Shown piece by piece: positions 40,686 to 55,752 of a stretch of DNA of 64,000 nt. Each line of letters starts with the position of its first letter. Positions within the stretch are counted from its first letter, which is position 1. A program made the translations under genes and the position numbers. The notes below the pieces were generated by a model. That model was not told the origin of the DNA. It did not search any database and saw nothing but the letters and a program-made list of their open reading frames with translations. The DNA comes from Octopus vulgaris (taxonomy: Eukaryota), in NCBI GenBank assembly GCA_951406725.2, contig OX597817.1, forward strand, positions 84,630,001 to 84,694,000. Direction: 5' to 3'.

Positions 40686-40846
40686 TTGTTCCTCAACCAA
40701 CAATTGGTGAAATAAGAATTGTTTGAATTCTTTCTTTCTGATATTTCTTCCACATTATTCTTATTATCTTTTCTACAACATTTTACTCTTAAATAAATAG
40801 ATAGTAGCACTTCACATACAGTAATAGCAACTTAAAATTTTAAATA

Positions 40847-41125
40847 CTTTTGTGTTACAAGGAGTTTTGTTGGTCTCCCGCTCAACTGCACCCCACGCAT
40901 AATAATCAAGGGGATTGCAGTCTGAGGAGTTAGGTGGCCAGATGTTAGGGGTGATGTGATTGCAGAAAATGTCTGACAGCCATGACTGGGTTCTCCTGCT
41001 TGTGTGACATGGTGCAGAGTTCTGTTGCCAAACATAGGATCTTCCAGCAGCCACCCTCTTGACCCAGGGCTGCACTACCTCTTCCGGGCATTTGATGTAG
41101 ACCTCCATGCTGAGTCTGAGGCTGT
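40847..41125 (-). mobile_element. Tc1/mariner-superfamily transposase remnant, DD37D (maT-type) spacing
   Basis: YVWQQ(N)SAPCH...WPPNSSDCNPLDYYAWG, with 37 residues between the second (mutated D to N) and third catalytic positions. Counterpart at 50049-50327. Confidence 0.8.
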
Positions 41126-42053
41126 GTGGATAGGCACAAAGCCTGAAATTTTGGATGTGGGAGCAAGTCAAATACATTGACCCCAGTGCCCAACTGGTAC
41201 TCATTTTATCAACCTCAAAAGGATGAAAGATAAAGTCAACCTTGACAGAACTGGAACTCAGCATGTAAAGTTGGAAGAAATGCCACTAAGCATTTTTTCT
41301 GTTGTGCCAGCTTGCTGCCTTTATATACATATACAATAATATTAAGTCCAACAGTTTGATTGAAAGTGAAAGCAAATCTATTTTAGACATCATCATCATC
41401 ATTTAAGATCCAATTTCCATACTGGCATGGATTGGACAGTTTGAGAGTATCTGATGGGGGCAAAGACTGAATCATGCTCCATGGTTTCTGCAGTTGGATG
41501 CCCTTCCTAATGCCAACCACTTTACAGTGTGTACTGGGTGTATTTTCATGCCACCAGCACTACTAAAACCTGAGGTGGAGGGGTTATGCTAGGGAATGGA
41601 GAGGGGTAGAGTATAAGAGAAGTCAGGAAGGGTGAGCAGGTTCTGTAGAAGAGTTGCATGGTTACTCACATTTAGAAGGAAAGAATAATCAGCAGGAGCT
41701 GTGAAGTGATAGGCAGGAGCCGTTGTGTCCAAGACAAAGGAATGAAAATGTTAAAATATTTCCCTTTCAAAATTTTCAATAGAAATCAGATCCAATTGGT
41801 TTTTTCCAATGACAAAATTCACCATTTGTTCTTTTTCATGTCTTAAGGAAACGCTATTTATATCTTCTTACTGAAATGTTCCAGAAACAAATCATTATGC
41901 AGAACTTCAAGGAAAATATGATATGACTGCATGAAATTTGGGCAATTTTATCAATTTCTGTACAATAATAGCTAATACAAATGTTGGTTGGTTGACTTCT
42001 CAAGTCATGCTTTACATTGTATAAAGAGAGGGAGAGAATTAACATTAAGGTGC

Positions 42054-43869
42054 AGGGGTTGCTGAATAAAGAAAATGAATGGGATAAAGAGAGTCTACCG
42101 TATGTTGACCCAACAGAGGGACCAGCTATCCGAGTTGACAGTTCCTTGGTAGTTAAGGCAATAAGAAGCATGAAGACAGGGAAAGCCCCAAGCCCATCAG
42201 GAATCACTGCAGAGATGCTCAAAATATCTGGTAGTGTTGGCTATAGCCTAGTCACCCGTATAGTTAATCAGGTGATACACGAAGGAGTCATACCCAATGA
42301 CTGGTGTAGCAGCATAATAGTCAACTGCTACAAAGGTAAAGGTGACGCCCTAGATACAAATAATTACAGAGGTATCAAGCTGTTGGATCAGGTAATGACG
42401 GTTACGGAGAGGGTCATAGCCCAACTAATTAGAGAGAGAGTTCGTTTAGATGAGATGCAGCTAGGGTTCGTGCCAGGGAAAAGTACAACTGATGCTATAT
42501 TCCTGGTAAGGCAGCTGCAGGAGAAATACCTAGCCAAAGATAAGCCCCTGTACCTGGCTTTTGTTGACATGGAGAAAGCCTTGACAGGGTCCCCCGATCC
42601 CTTATCTGGTGGTCAATGAGGAAACTAGGGATAGATGAATGGTTAGTGAGAGCTGTGCGAGCCATGTACAGGGACGCCGCTAGCAAGGTGAGGATTGGCA
42701 ACGAGTACAGTGAAGAATTCCTGGTAGATGTAGGGGTCCACCAAGGCTGTCCTCAGCCCCCTCCTATTTATCATAGACCTCTAGGCAATAACGGAGGAGT
42801 TCAAGACAGGATGCCCTTCGGAGCTCCTCTATGCTGATGACCTTGCTCTAATTGCTGAGTCACTATCAGAACTGGAGGAGAAGTTTCAGGTGTGGAAGCA
42901 AGGATTAGAATCGAAGGGCCTTAAAATCAACCTAGCTAAAACCAAAGTCCTAATAAGTAGGAAGGTAGATAAATCACAAACGCCTTCAGGTAGATGGCCC
43001 TGCTCAATCTGTAGAAAAGGTGTAGGTAGAAACTCTATAAGATGCACCAAGTGTAAGCTATGGACACATAAGAGGTGCAGCAATGTCAAGGAAGGCTAAC
43101 TAGGAAGACAGTTTTTGTATGTGGCAGATGCTCAGGAGCAATAAACACTGAAAATGCTCTGAGACCAACTTCAGCCACATTCCAGGGAGAAAGACTAGAA
43201 ATAGTTGATAGCTTCCATTACCTAGGTGACCAAGTCAGCAGCGGGGGCGGGTGTGCTGAAAGTGTAACTGCTAGAGTAAGAATAGCTTGGGCAAAGTTCA
43301 GAGAGCTCTTACCTCTGCTGGTGACAAAAGGCCTCTCGCTCAGAGTAAAAGGCAGACTGTATGACGCGTGCGTACGAACAACCATGCTACATGGCAGTGA
43401 AACATGGGCCGTGACTGCTGAGGATGTGCGTAAGCTTGCAAGAAATGAAGCCAGTATGCTCCAATGGATGTGTAATAGTGTTCATACTCGACAGAGTGTA
43501 AGTACCTTGAGAGAAAAGCTGGACCTAAGAAGCATCAGTTGTGGTGTGCAAGAGAGATGTTTGCGCTGGTATGGTCATGTGGCGAGAATGGATGAAGATA
43601 GTTGTGTGAAAAAGTGCCACACCCTAGCGGTTGAGGGAACCCGTGGAAGAGGCAGACCCAGGAAAACCTGGGACGTGGTGGTGAAAAACACGACCTTTGA
43701 ACTTTAGGTCTCACTGAGGAAATGACTAGAGATCGAGACCTTTGGAAATATGCTATGCATGAGAAGACCCGGCAGGACAAGTGAGACCATAACCCGTGGC
43801 CTCCACATGGATGTAGCCAGTCCACTTATGCATACCTTTCTTTCTTAGGACACAAAACTCTACTTGTGA
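42054..43869 (+). mobile_element. 5'-truncated RTE LINE (PHD family), frameshifted, cut by the gap
   Basis: ORFs 42017-43707 match the RT. Same 5' junction as 51232. Confidence 0.92.
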
Positions 43870-43969
43870 NNNNNNNNNNNNNNNNNNNNNNNNNNNNNNN
43901 NNNNNNNNNNNNNNNNNNNNNNNNNNNNNNNNNNNNNNNNNNNNNNNNNNNNNNNNNNNNNNNNNNNNN
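43870..43969. other. Assembly gap (100 N)
   Basis: Run of 100 n. Confidence 0.99.
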
Positions 43970-44271
43970 ACCTCCCAACATCACACCATACATTACACAT
44001 CACATCACAACACACCGCCCACACACTCATCCCCACATTTTCACACCTACACATACATACACACACACACACACATCCAAACCACCAGCCCTCTTTCACA
44101 CGCACATACATACTCTCTTATACACACACGCACCTTCGTGTTGGGGGCATCTTTACTTTGTTATCTCCCCTACTTTACTCCTCGTGTGTGACCCTTCAGT
44201 CTGAGTCAAACGCCATGATAGATCATTAGCCACTACACACATTTTTTTCTCTCCTTGTTTTTTCTGTGCCC

Positions 44272-44307
44272 CTTTCTGTAGAAGAGCGTAGGCTCGAAAC
44301 GTAAAAG
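44272..44307 (+). ncRNA. Hammerhead H3 (duplicate of 29586-29621)
   Basis: Identical sequence. Confidence 0.7.
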
Positions 44308-44397
44308 ACTTTTTCTATTCCTGAGCGTTATACTAATACATCTGTTTGTTTTGTACACCACCTGTCTTCGTCTTTTGTTTTTTTCATAAACTCTCCC

Positions 44398-44435
<38 letters not shown>

Positions 44436-44997
44436 CATATCCATATATATAAATATATATATACACATATCCATATATATAAATATATATATATATACAT
44501 ATCAATATATATAAATATATATATATATATATACATATCCATATATATAAATATATATATATATACATATCCATATATATAAATATATATATACACATAT
44601 CCATATATATAAATATATATATATACATATCCATATATATAAATATATATATATATACATATCCATATATATAAATATATATATACACATATCCATATAT
44701 ATAAATATATATATATACATATCCATATATATAAATATATATATATACATATCCATATATATAAATATATATATATATATATCCTTATATATATACACAT
44801 ATCCATATATATATATACATATCCATATATATATATATACATATCCATATATATATATATATACAAATATCCATATATATATACATACATATCCATATAT
44901 ATATACATATCCATATATATATATACATATCCATATATATATATACATATCCATATATATATACATATCCATATATATAAATATATATACATATCCA

Positions 44998-45884
44998 TCC
45001 CGCCCACGTTGCCGCACTTGCCCTTACCTCTCCAACACCACCCGCCTCACTAGCACCCACCATCGACCCTATCCCATCATCCACTCCTTCACCTGCACCT
45101 CCAGCAATATTATCTATTGCATCTCTTGCTCTCTCTGCAATTCCTTGTACATCGGACAAACGGGACGCCGCTTGGCTGACCGGTTCGCGGAACACCTTCG
45201 TGACATCCACCTTGCGAACGACACACCGGTCTCACGCCATTTCCGCTCCACCGGTCACTCCTTGCAACACCTATCTGTGTTCGGTTTGTCCTTACACAGA
45301 GGCCATCCGGATTCCCGTTTGCGCCGTGAACAGGAATTAATCTTCTCTCTTCGCTCTTATACGCCATTTGGTCTCAACTCTCCCCCCTCCTCATCTAACC
45401 CCCTCTCCCCCCTCCTCACCTATCCTTTCTCCCCCGACCCCTACTTCTTCAGTCCTTCATCCTTTCACCCCTACTCCCCTTCCCTTCTTCCCTCTTTCTC
45501 CCTCCCTCTTCCCCTTCCCTCTGCTCCCTCACTCCCCGTCTCTCTCCCCCTCTCCCTCATCCCCTTCCTTCTCCCCCATCCTCTCCTCCCCTCCCCCATT
45601 TCCCCCCCCCCCCTCTTCTCCTCACTACACCACATGACTTTACACATCACATCACATATGATGTGCCATACTAATACACACACCAACTAATACATACTAA
45701 TACATACTAGTACATACTAATACTTACACCAACCCTATACATACACACGTCCAGACCCCGCATACGCACTTATACTCTCTCACACACACACACACACCTA
45801 TACATACCAATACGTACTAATACATACTAATACATACACCAACCCCATACATACGCACGTCCAGACCAATCCTACGCACTAATA

Positions 45885-45921
<37 letters not shown>

Positions 45922-46290
45922 ATACATACTAATACATACACCAACCCTATACATAGACATATCCAGACCCCTCCCACGCACTATCAGCTGGTCCCTCAAC
46001 CCTTTTATCAACCCTATTATCTCCCCTTATTTCGCTCTCGCGTCTCATGTTTGATCTTTGACCTCTGGCCAAAATCAGATCGCCATGTTGATTCGTTAGC
46101 TACTGCACGCATTTTTTTCTCTCCTTCTTTCTGCGTTTTTCTCTATCTGTGTATCTTTCTGTTGAAGAGCGTAGGCTCGAAACGTTAAAGACTTGTTTTA
46201 TTTATATTTCCTGAGCGCCATACTAATACAATTGTTCGTTTGTTTTCCACCTGCCTTCGTCTTTTGTTTATTTTCATAAAGCTTCCCGTT
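44998..46290 (+). mobile_element. 5'-truncated Penelope-like element (GIY-YIG, 3' UTR, hammerhead)
   Basis: CRTCPY...[33 protein letters not shown]...PFGLN; sister subfamily of 27360-29712. Confidence 0.9.
46154..46191 (+). ncRNA. Minimal hammerhead, A6U core variant (H3b)
   Basis: UCUUU-CUGUUGA-A-GAGC(GUAG)GCUC-GAA-ACGU-U/AAAGA. Confidence 0.7.
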
Positions 46291-46821
46291 AAATATATAT
46301 ACATATGCATATATATATACATATATGTATATAAATGTGGAGGCGCAATGGCCCAGTGGTTAGGGCAGCAGACTCACGGTCATAGGATCGCGGTTTCGAT
46401 TCCTAGACTGGGCGTTGTGAGTGTTTATCGAGCGAAAACACCTAAAGCTCCACAAGGCTCCAGCAGGGTGTGGTGGTGATCCCTGCTGGACTGTTTCGCC
46501 GCAACTTTCTCTCACTCTTTCTTCTGTTGGCCTGCTCACTTGGCCAGCAGGGTGGCGTCATTTGAAGGCTAAAACAATGCGAAGCGCATTGAGACCAGTG
46601 ATGTGTAGCAACATCTGATAGCCTGGTCAGTCACATGATATATGCATATAAATATATATATATACATATATATATATAAATATATGTATATATATATATA
46701 AACCCTCCTTCCCTTCTTTCCTGAGCGTCAATAATACTTTAATTGTTCCACGTCCTGCGTTGCTGTGTTTTTTTCTCCTTTTTTTCTCTCTTTTTTTCTG
46801 TGTTTTCTTGTTTGGATTAAC

Positions 46822-46863
<42 letters not shown>

Positions 46864-47020
46864 TATGTATATAAATATATATACATATGTATATAAATAT
46901 ATATATACATATATATACATATATAAATATATGTATATAAATATATATATACATATATAAATATATGTATATAAATATATATATACATATATAAATATAT
47001 GTATATAAATATATATATAC

Positions 47021-47053
<33 letters not shown>

Positions 47054-47122
47054 AATATATAAATATATATATACATATATATATATAAATATATGTATAT
47101 AAATATATGTATATAAAAATAA

Positions 47123-47155
<33 letters not shown>

Positions 47156-47342
47156 GAGTAGATAAAACAGGGGACAACTTATGAAGGGAATGTTCTTTAT
47201 GTTGCCTGTCTTGTTTCTCTGTTTCTTTTGTTGTTTGAAAAAGTTCATTTTCTATGTTTTTGTTTTTTATGTTCTCATTTCTCATTTTGTTCATATTTTT
47301 TTGATGTCCTGCACCTATATATGCATGCATATATACATATAC

Positions 47343-47375
<33 letters not shown>

Positions 47376-50300
47376 GGTATGTACATATATGTATATATGC
47401 ATATAGTTATATATCATTTATATATTATTATATATATATATATATATAACAAGCCAGTAAGGGGAAGTTGATCTTCTATGTTCAAAGGTTTATGGACACA
47501 GATTTGTGCATCATATAGTTTAGCAATGAATTTTAATACCTAGGCGTGCTGTTGTATCTCTCCTTTAGAGAGATTTAGAAATTATAGCATTTCTATTTTT
47601 GAAAAATCAGTGAATGTGTTTCACTCAATATTTATAAATAAAACCTTCAAACAGAGGTCAACAGTGACCCCTGCTGGACTCGGCTACTCAACATTAGTAA
47701 GGGACAACTACCACAAAACCGGTCTGTGGACCAAACCAGCAAGGGGAAGTTGATGACCTCCTCTGTTCGAAGGTTTATGGATGCAGATTTGTGTGTCATA
47801 TAGCTAACTAGAGGCGATCGCCTTTCAGAGCTAATCAACAGCAGCATTTGTCCTATTTCTCTGGGCATATATATATATCTTTACTCTTTTACTTGTTTCA
47901 GTCATGTGACTGTGGCCAAGCAAATCGACCCCAGGACTTATTCTTTGTAAGCCTAGTACTTATTCTATCGATCTCTTTTGCTGAACCACTAAGTTACAGG
48001 GACATAAACACACCACCATCGGTTGTCAAACGATGTTGGGGTACAAACACAGACATACAAACATAGACACACACACACACACACATATATATACATATAT
48101 ACAACGGGCTTCTTTCCGTTTCCGTCTACCAAATCCACTCACAAGGCTTTTGTGGGCCCAAGGCTACAGTAGAAGACATTTGCCTAAGGTGCCATGCAGT
48201 GGGACTGAACCCGGAACCATGTGGTTGGTAAGCAAGCTACTTACCACACAGCCACTCCTACGCCTACATAAACTGTTTATATATATATATAATTATTTAA
48301 ACACAAAAACACACACACATACAGAGAGAGGGGAGAAAGAGAGAGATAGAGAAAAAGGTATTCAGTAAGAGGTCTGCCAACATTCTGTAATCTGAAGCTC
48401 AAGAGACATGAAGTGTTCTGGCTTGAAAAGCTGTGCATCAGTATGTATTAGGATGTTTGTGAGAAGTGTTTATGTAACAATAGCCTTCATTCTTAGTGTG
48501 AAAAAAGTAGTATAGAATTGCTACAAGAAGAAGGGAATAAGTGAGAAAGAGATATAGATGATTTCAATTAGACTCAAGAGGGGAACCAGGAACTGAAAAT
48601 GATCCAACCAAAAGACCAGTTACTGAAATAGTGATATTGTTGAAATGAAATCAGAGAAAATAGCTTGTCCATCAGTGAAAGTCACTGAGGCACTGAAAAT
48701 ATCTAGCAAAATAGGAACAAATTCATCATTCAATACCTCAAATATTTTGCCAATGACTGGCAAAATATTTTTATCAACTGATACAAGAAAAAAAAATTTT
48801 TGTGAAAGAAGCAATGACAGGCACACCAAATTGATAGGCCAGGTTAGGAAAAAACAACAAAAAGAATTCTACCACAACTAATTAGGAAAGAAATCAGTTT
48901 AGACAAGATGCAGTTTGGGTTTGTGTCTGGAAGGGAACTACTAAGAGGGACAACTACAGAAGTTGTTAGCAAAAAGCCATTCTATGCAACATTTGATGAC
49001 CTAGAGACGGTCTCTGACAGCAAACCACATTCTGCAGTACAGTGTTCATTAACCCTTTCATTCCCATATCCGTTTTGAAATACATTTGCAATTAATTTCT
49101 AAAATAATGAAGAATTTAGTAAAATAACATGATCATTATTAAACTGGCTTTTGAAGCAAAAGGGTTTTAATTTAGATCACTTTAAAACAGGAAGTTGGTA
49201 TAGTAGAACCAGGAGCAATGAGGCAGGTTGGTATCAAATGCATTAAGAAAACTAGTTGTAGATAAGTAGATTGTGAATGCCATATACTCATGTACAGAGA
49301 TACTGTCAGCAAAGAGAAAGATCAGTAAAATAAGTTTAGGGAGGTAAGAGTCTATCAACGTTCAGGTCTCAACCTCTTCTCATTTAGTATAGTCCTCCAG
49401 GCCATAACAGAAGTGTTCAAGACTGGCTATTCCCAAGAACTCCTGCATGCCAATGGTATAGTTCTTAAAGGTTAAACAGTTAAAAAATCAGAGAAAAAAT
49501 TCCAAACATGAAAACCTAGAATTCAATCAGCAGGAAAGAATACAAGACTCTACTGCTATCTGGGTGGGAAGTGGCCAGGTTCAATATATAGGAATACCAT
49601 AAAGATACCCATTATAAACTATGGGTGCAGAATAAGACCACATATAGACTCACACAGAAATATTTTGTATGCAGAAGATATGTAGGAATAGTTAATAACA
49701 AGTACATCCATAAAATCAATTCTTTGAAATGCAGAGATGACTGTCCAGAAATAGTTGATAGCTTCCTTTATGTAAGTGACCTAATCAGCATAGGAGGAGC
49801 ATATTCCAAAAGCATAGAAGCCAAACAAAGAACAGGAAGGGAAGAGTTCAAGTAGTTATTACAGTTGCTAGCAACAAAGGGATTCTCTTGTTCCTCAACC
49901 AACAATTGGTGAAATAAGAATTGTTTGAATTCTTTCTTTCTGATATTTCTTCCACATTATTCTTATTATCTTTTCTACAACATTTTACTCTTAAATAAAT
50001 AGATAGTAGCACTTCACATACAGTAATAGCAACTTAGAATTTTAAATACTTTTGTGTTACAAGGAGTTTTGTTGGTCTCCCGCTCAACTGCACCCCACGC
50101 ATAATAATCAAGGGGATTGCAGTCTGAGGAGTTAGGTGGCCAGATGTTAGGGGTGATGTGATTGCAGAAAATGTCTGACAGCCATGACTGGGTTTTCCTG
50201 CTTGTGTGACATGGTGCAGAGTTCTGTTGCCAAACATAGGATCTTCCAGCAGCCACCCTCTTGACCCAGGGCTGCACTACCTCTTCCGGGCATTTGATGT

Positions 50301-51231
50301 AGACCTCCATGCTGAGTCTGAGGCTGTGTGGATAGGCAGAAAGCCTGAAATTTTGGATGTGGGAGCAAGTCAAATACATTGACCCCAGTGCCCAACTGGT
50401 ACTCATTTTATCAACCCCAAAAGGATGAAAGGTAAAGTCAACCTTGACAGAACTGGAACTCAGCATGTAAAGTTGGAAGAAATGCCACTAAGCATTTTGT
50501 CTGTTGTGCCAGCTTGCTGCCTTTATATACATATACAATAATATTAAGTTCAACAGTTTGATTGAAAGTGAAAGCAAATCTATTTTAGACATCATCATCA
50601 TTTAAGATCCAATTTCCATACTGGCATGGATTGGACAGTTTGAGAGTATCTGATGGGGGCAAAGACTGAATCATGCTCCATGGTTTCTGTAGTTGGATGC
50701 CCTTCCTAATGCCAACCACTTTACAGTGTGTACCGGGTGTATTTTCATGCCACCAGCACTACTAAAACCTGAGGTGGAGGGGTTATGCTAGGGAATGGAG
50801 AGGGGTAGAGTATGAGAGAAGTCAGGAAGGGTGAGCAGGTTCTGTAGAAGAGTTGCATGGTTACTCACATTTAGAAGGAAAGAATAATCAGCAGGAGCTG
50901 TTGTGTCCAAGACAAAGGAATGAAAATGTTAAAATATTTCCCTTTCAAAATTTTCAATAGAAATTAGATCCAATTGGTTTTTTCCAATGACAAAATTTAC
51001 CATTTGTTCTTTTTCATGTCTTAAGGAAACGCTATTTATATCTTCTTACTGAAATGTTCCAGAAACAAATCATTATGCAGAACTTCAAGGAAAATATGAT
51101 ATGACTGCATGAAATTTGGGCAATTTTATCAATCTCTGTACAATAATAGCTAATACAAATGTTGGTTGGTTGACTTCTCAAGTCATGCTTTACATTGTAT
51201 AAAGAGAGGGAGAGAATTAACATTAAGGTGC

Positions 51232-53435
51232 AGGGGTTGCTGAATAAAGAAAATGAATGGGATAAAGAGAGTCTACCGAATGTTGACCCAACAGAGAGAC
51301 CAGCTATCCGAGTTGACAGTTCCTTGGTAGTTAAGGCAATTAGAAGCATGAAGACAGGGAAAGCTCCAGGCCCATCAGGAATCACTGCAGAGATGCTCAA
51401 AATATCTGGTAGTGTTGGCTATAGCCTAGTCACCCATATAGTTAATCAGGTGATACACGAAGGAGTCATACCCAATGACTGGTGTAGCAGCATAATAGTC
51501 AACTGCTACAAAGGTAAAGGTGACGCCCTAGATACAAATAATTACAGAGGTATCAAGCTGTTGGATCAGGTAATGAAGGTTACGGAGAGGGTCATAGCCC
51601 AACTAATTAGAGAGCGAGTTCGTTTAGATGAGATGCAGTTTGGGTTCATGTCAGGGAAAAGTACCACTGATGCTATATTCCTGGTAAGGCAGCTGCAGGA
51701 GAAATACCTAGCCAAAGATAAGCCCCTGTACCTGGCTTTTGTTGACATGGAGAAAGCCTTCGACAGGGTCCCCCGATCCCTTATCTGGTGGTCAATGAGG
51801 AAACTAGGGATAGATGAATGGTTAGTGAGAGCTGTGCGAGCCATGTACAGGGACGCCGCTAGTAAGGTGTGGATTGGCAACGAGTACAGTGAAGGATTCC
51901 TGGTAGAGGTAGGGGTCCACCAAGGCTCAGTCCTCAGCCCCCTCCTATTTATCATAGACCTCCAGGCAATAACGGAGGAGTTCAAGACAGGATGCCCCTG
52001 GGAGCTCCTCTATGCTGATGACCTTGCTCTAATTGCTGAGTCACTATCAGAACTGGAGGAGAAGTTTCAGGTGTGGAAGCAAGGATTAGAATCGAAGGGC
52101 CTTAAAATCAACCTAGCTAAAACCAAAGTCCTAATAAGTAGGAAGGTAGACAAATCACAAACGCCTTCAGGTAGATGGCCCTGCTCAATCTGTAGAAAAG
52201 GTGTAGGTAGAAACTCTATAAGATGCACCAAGTGTAAGCTATGGACACATAAGAGGTGCAGCAATGTCAAAGGAAGGCTAACTAGGAAGACAGTTTTTGT
52301 ATGTGGCAGATGCTCAGGAGCAATAAACACTGAAAATGCTCTGAGACCAACTTCTGCCACATTCCAGGGAGAAAGACTAGAAATAGTTGATAGCTTCCAT
52401 TACCTAGGTGACCAAGTCAGTAGCGGGGGCAGGTGTGCTGAAAGTGTAACTGCTAGAGTAAGAATAGCTTGGGCAAAGTTCAGAGAGCTCTTACCTCTGC
52501 TGGTGACAAAAGGCCTCTTGCTCAGAGTAAAAGGCAGACTGTATGACGCGTGTGTACGAACAACCATGCTACATGGCAGTGAAACATGGGCCGTGATTGC
52601 TGAGGATGTGCGTAAGCTTGCAAGAAATGAAGCCAGTATGCTCCAATGGATGTGTAATGTCAGTGTTCATACTCGACAGAGTGTAAGTACCTTGAGAGAA
52701 AAGCTGGACCTAAGAAGCATCAGTTGTGGTGTGCAAGAGAGATGTTTGCACTGATATGGTCATGTGGCGAGAATGGATGAAGATAGTTGTGTGAAAAAGT
52801 GCCACACCCTAGCAGTTGAGGGAACCCGTGGAAGAGGCAGACCCAGGAAAACCTGGGACGTGGTGGTGAAGCACGACCTTTGAACTTTAGGTCTCACTGA
52901 GGAAATGACTAGAGACCGAGACCTTTGGAAATATGCTGTGCGTGAGAAGACCCGGCAGGACAAGTGAGACCATAACCCGTGGCCTCCACATGGATGTAGC
53001 CAGTCCACTTATGCATACCTTTCTTTCTTGGGACACAAAACTCTACTTGTGAAGACCTGTTGAGGCAAGTGAAAATCGAAATCGATCAACATCAATGGAA
53101 ATTGCAGCTGTGATACCAGTGCCAGTGGTACGTAAGAGAACCATCCGAACGTGGCTGTTGCCAGCGCCGCCCCGACTGGCCTCGTGCCGGTGGCACGTAA
53201 AAAGCACCATCCAATCGTGGCCGTTTGCCAGCCTCGTCTGGCACCTGTGCCGGTGGCACGTAAAAAGCACCCACTACACTCACGGAGTGGTTGGCGTTAG
53301 GAAGGGCATCCAGCCGTGGAAACATTGCCAGATCAGACTGGGCCTGGTGCAGCCTTCTGGCTTCCCAGACCCCAGTTGAACTGTCCAACCCATGCTAGCA
53401 TGGAAAGCGGACGCTAAACGAAGATGATGATGATG
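51232..53435 (+). mobile_element. 5'-truncated RTE LINE (PHD family)
   Basis: ORF to 52754 contains the RT and PHD, with a premature TGA. Full 3' UTR and (GAT)n tail. Confidence 0.93.
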
Positions 53436-53574
53436 ACTACACATATTAGCTTTGGTAGTAGGCAGAGTTTTTTAAAAAATGCTACACATATACAGTAAGA
53501 GAGAAGGAATTGAGGAGGAGGAAATGACAGTAGTCATAGAAGGAATTATATGAAAATTTGTTTATTCTTTCTTT

Positions 53575-53900
53575 TATTTGTTACTTGTTTCAGTCATTAG
53601 ACTATGACCATGCTAGAACACTGCCTTGAAGGGGTTTTTTTTAGCCAAACAAATCAACCACAAGACTTATTTCTTAAGCCTAGTACTTATTCTACCGGTC
53701 TCTTTTGCCAACTGCTAATGGTTGTCAAAAGTGTAGAGGAACAAACAAACAAACACATATGTGATTGGCTTCTTTTAATCTCCATCTACCAAATCTACTC
53801 ACAAGGCTCTGTTCAGCCCCAGGCTATAGTAGAAGACACTTGCCCAAGGTGTCACGCAGTGGGACTGAACCCAGAACCATGTAGTTGAGAAGCAAGCTAC
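53575..53900 (-). mobile_element. Degenerate SINE family 1
   Basis: ttacttgtttcagtcattagact ... gtgggactgaacccagaaccatg. Confidence 0.7.
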
Positions 53901-54814
53901 TAATAAATTTTATTTACTTAATTTTATTTTAAGGCAACATATTTTTGTAAATTAGTATTCATTTCCTCATTTTGTTTAAGCACCAAGAAAATAAAAGTTG
54001 ATTTATAATTATTGTATGCTTGCCATATTTTCTGGTAGTACCAATAGTTACTTGACATATAATTAGAAGAAAAAAAAGATCAAAGGTGCTTCAGAATCAT
54101 TGGCTCATAAGGCCAGTTTTCCAGATTCTGTAGCATTTATATAACACATCCTGAAATAGGATGCCAGTCTGTCACAGGATTACTCATTTTTGCTAGCTGA
54201 GTGGGCTGGTGCAACATGAAATGAAGTGTTTCGCTCAAGAATACAATGCATCACCCAGTCTAGGAATAAAAACCACAATCTTATGATCATGAATGCAAAA
54301 CCCTAAACACTGAGCCACACAACTCCACATATGATGGCTAACATGGGTAACATTTTAGTAAATATAATAATGAGTTTTAGGAAGCTGTCCAGAGTACCTA
54401 CTACTAGAGTACAAATGAACCCTTTGGTAACTATATACTTCCTGTATCAAGAAGGAACACAGTATTTACATCCACCATCAGTATATGGAGAAAAATATTA
54501 TGACACTTTACTTCAAATAAGACCTGTCCTTGACATTATGTAAGACATATAAGTCCTATTACTAGCCAAAACAAAAATACTATCAAATAACAAAGGATTG
54601 GTGGATATAAATGCCATATATGCTTCCACTAATATACACCAGGCACTTCAACATATGGAAGATTTGTGAGATGAGCACTTAGTATTATTGTGGTTTTAAT
54701 TTTCTTCCTTCCTCATTGCATGACTCAAACATCTTACCTCATTTCTCTTCACATCATCCATCACCTCTATTCCCTCCCACCTATCACAGCTTACACTTAA
54801 ATATTGCTTCCATA

Positions 54815-55037
54815 TTAACCCTTCAGTATTTAAACCAGCCATATCTGGCCCAAATATTCTACTTGTGTTAAAACTGACCAGATCCAACCTCTCACACCTA
54901 CCCTACAATGTCATTCTAAAAATAAACAATCACATCATCAAAGCCTCAATGCTACAAGATAATGCATGATTAATTCAAAATAATGTGAATAAATAAGCAT
55001 TATATTTGGCAGAGTAATCTGAATGCCCAAGGGTTAA
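54815..55037. mobile_element. piggyBac-like MITE (TTAA target site, CCCTT/AAGGG ends)
   Basis: TTAA-CCCTTcagtatt ... aatgcccAAGGG-TTAA. A related, more decayed copy at 62662-63064 is interrupted by an RTE tail. Confidence 0.7.
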
Positions 55038-55752
55038 TGAATAACCTTCTCACACCTCTGCATCAGTACTTATTGTATACTTAACGAAGTTCACTTCAAC
55101 ACTTCTTACAATTAGCCATTGTCCTGTTTCCACCTCACTAAATGCTTTATCACTAGACATCAACCTTGTCATTCTGATATTCACATCTATTTCATTAACC
55201 CCATATAGATGAAAGGCAAAGTTGATCTCAAAAGAATTAGAACTCGGAATATAAAGCTGGACAAAATGCCACTAAGTGTTTTGCCTGGTGTGTTAACAAT
55301 TCTGCCAGCTTGCCACCTTATCACAACAATAAATATCAATGAGCTTAATACTGATGACCCATGATGCATCCCTGCATTCACTTCAAACTTATATACAGAT
55401 GATAAATTTTCTAATCATTTGTGCTCAACCACAACTGAATGAATAGGATACACCATAGTAAACTTTGGTTACACAAAGTATAGATTGGATAAATCAGATT
55501 ATGAGCTACTTACATGGCTGGAAGACCATGAAAAATCTGGTCATAACACAGAATGCAGCAAAAGAAAAAAATAACTTCCACATCTTACAGGTTGACAAAT
55601 GTTTCAATGGGTTATATAACCACTAAACTTTACAACTAGCAATATACAAAAATCTCAAAACTTATTGCTTAATACAAGAAACTGAAATCAGCTAATGACA
55701 GCCATTCACCACTTGACTTAAAAACCTGTATTTTGTGTGTGTGTGTGTGTGC

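Larger units (their letters stand above)
43970..53052 (+). repeat. Second copy (probably the alternative haplotype) of 29289-43869
   Basis: Collinear anchors: 43970-44400 = 29289-29712; 46336-46637 = 36993-37293; 47157-53052 = 37808-43869, with scattered SNPs and small indels. Confidence 0.9.

Noticed and set aside
42560-43710. Several 1-bp frameshifts in the copy A RTE relative to copy B
   Set aside because: They cluster near a contig end and may be consensus errors; not treated as biological.
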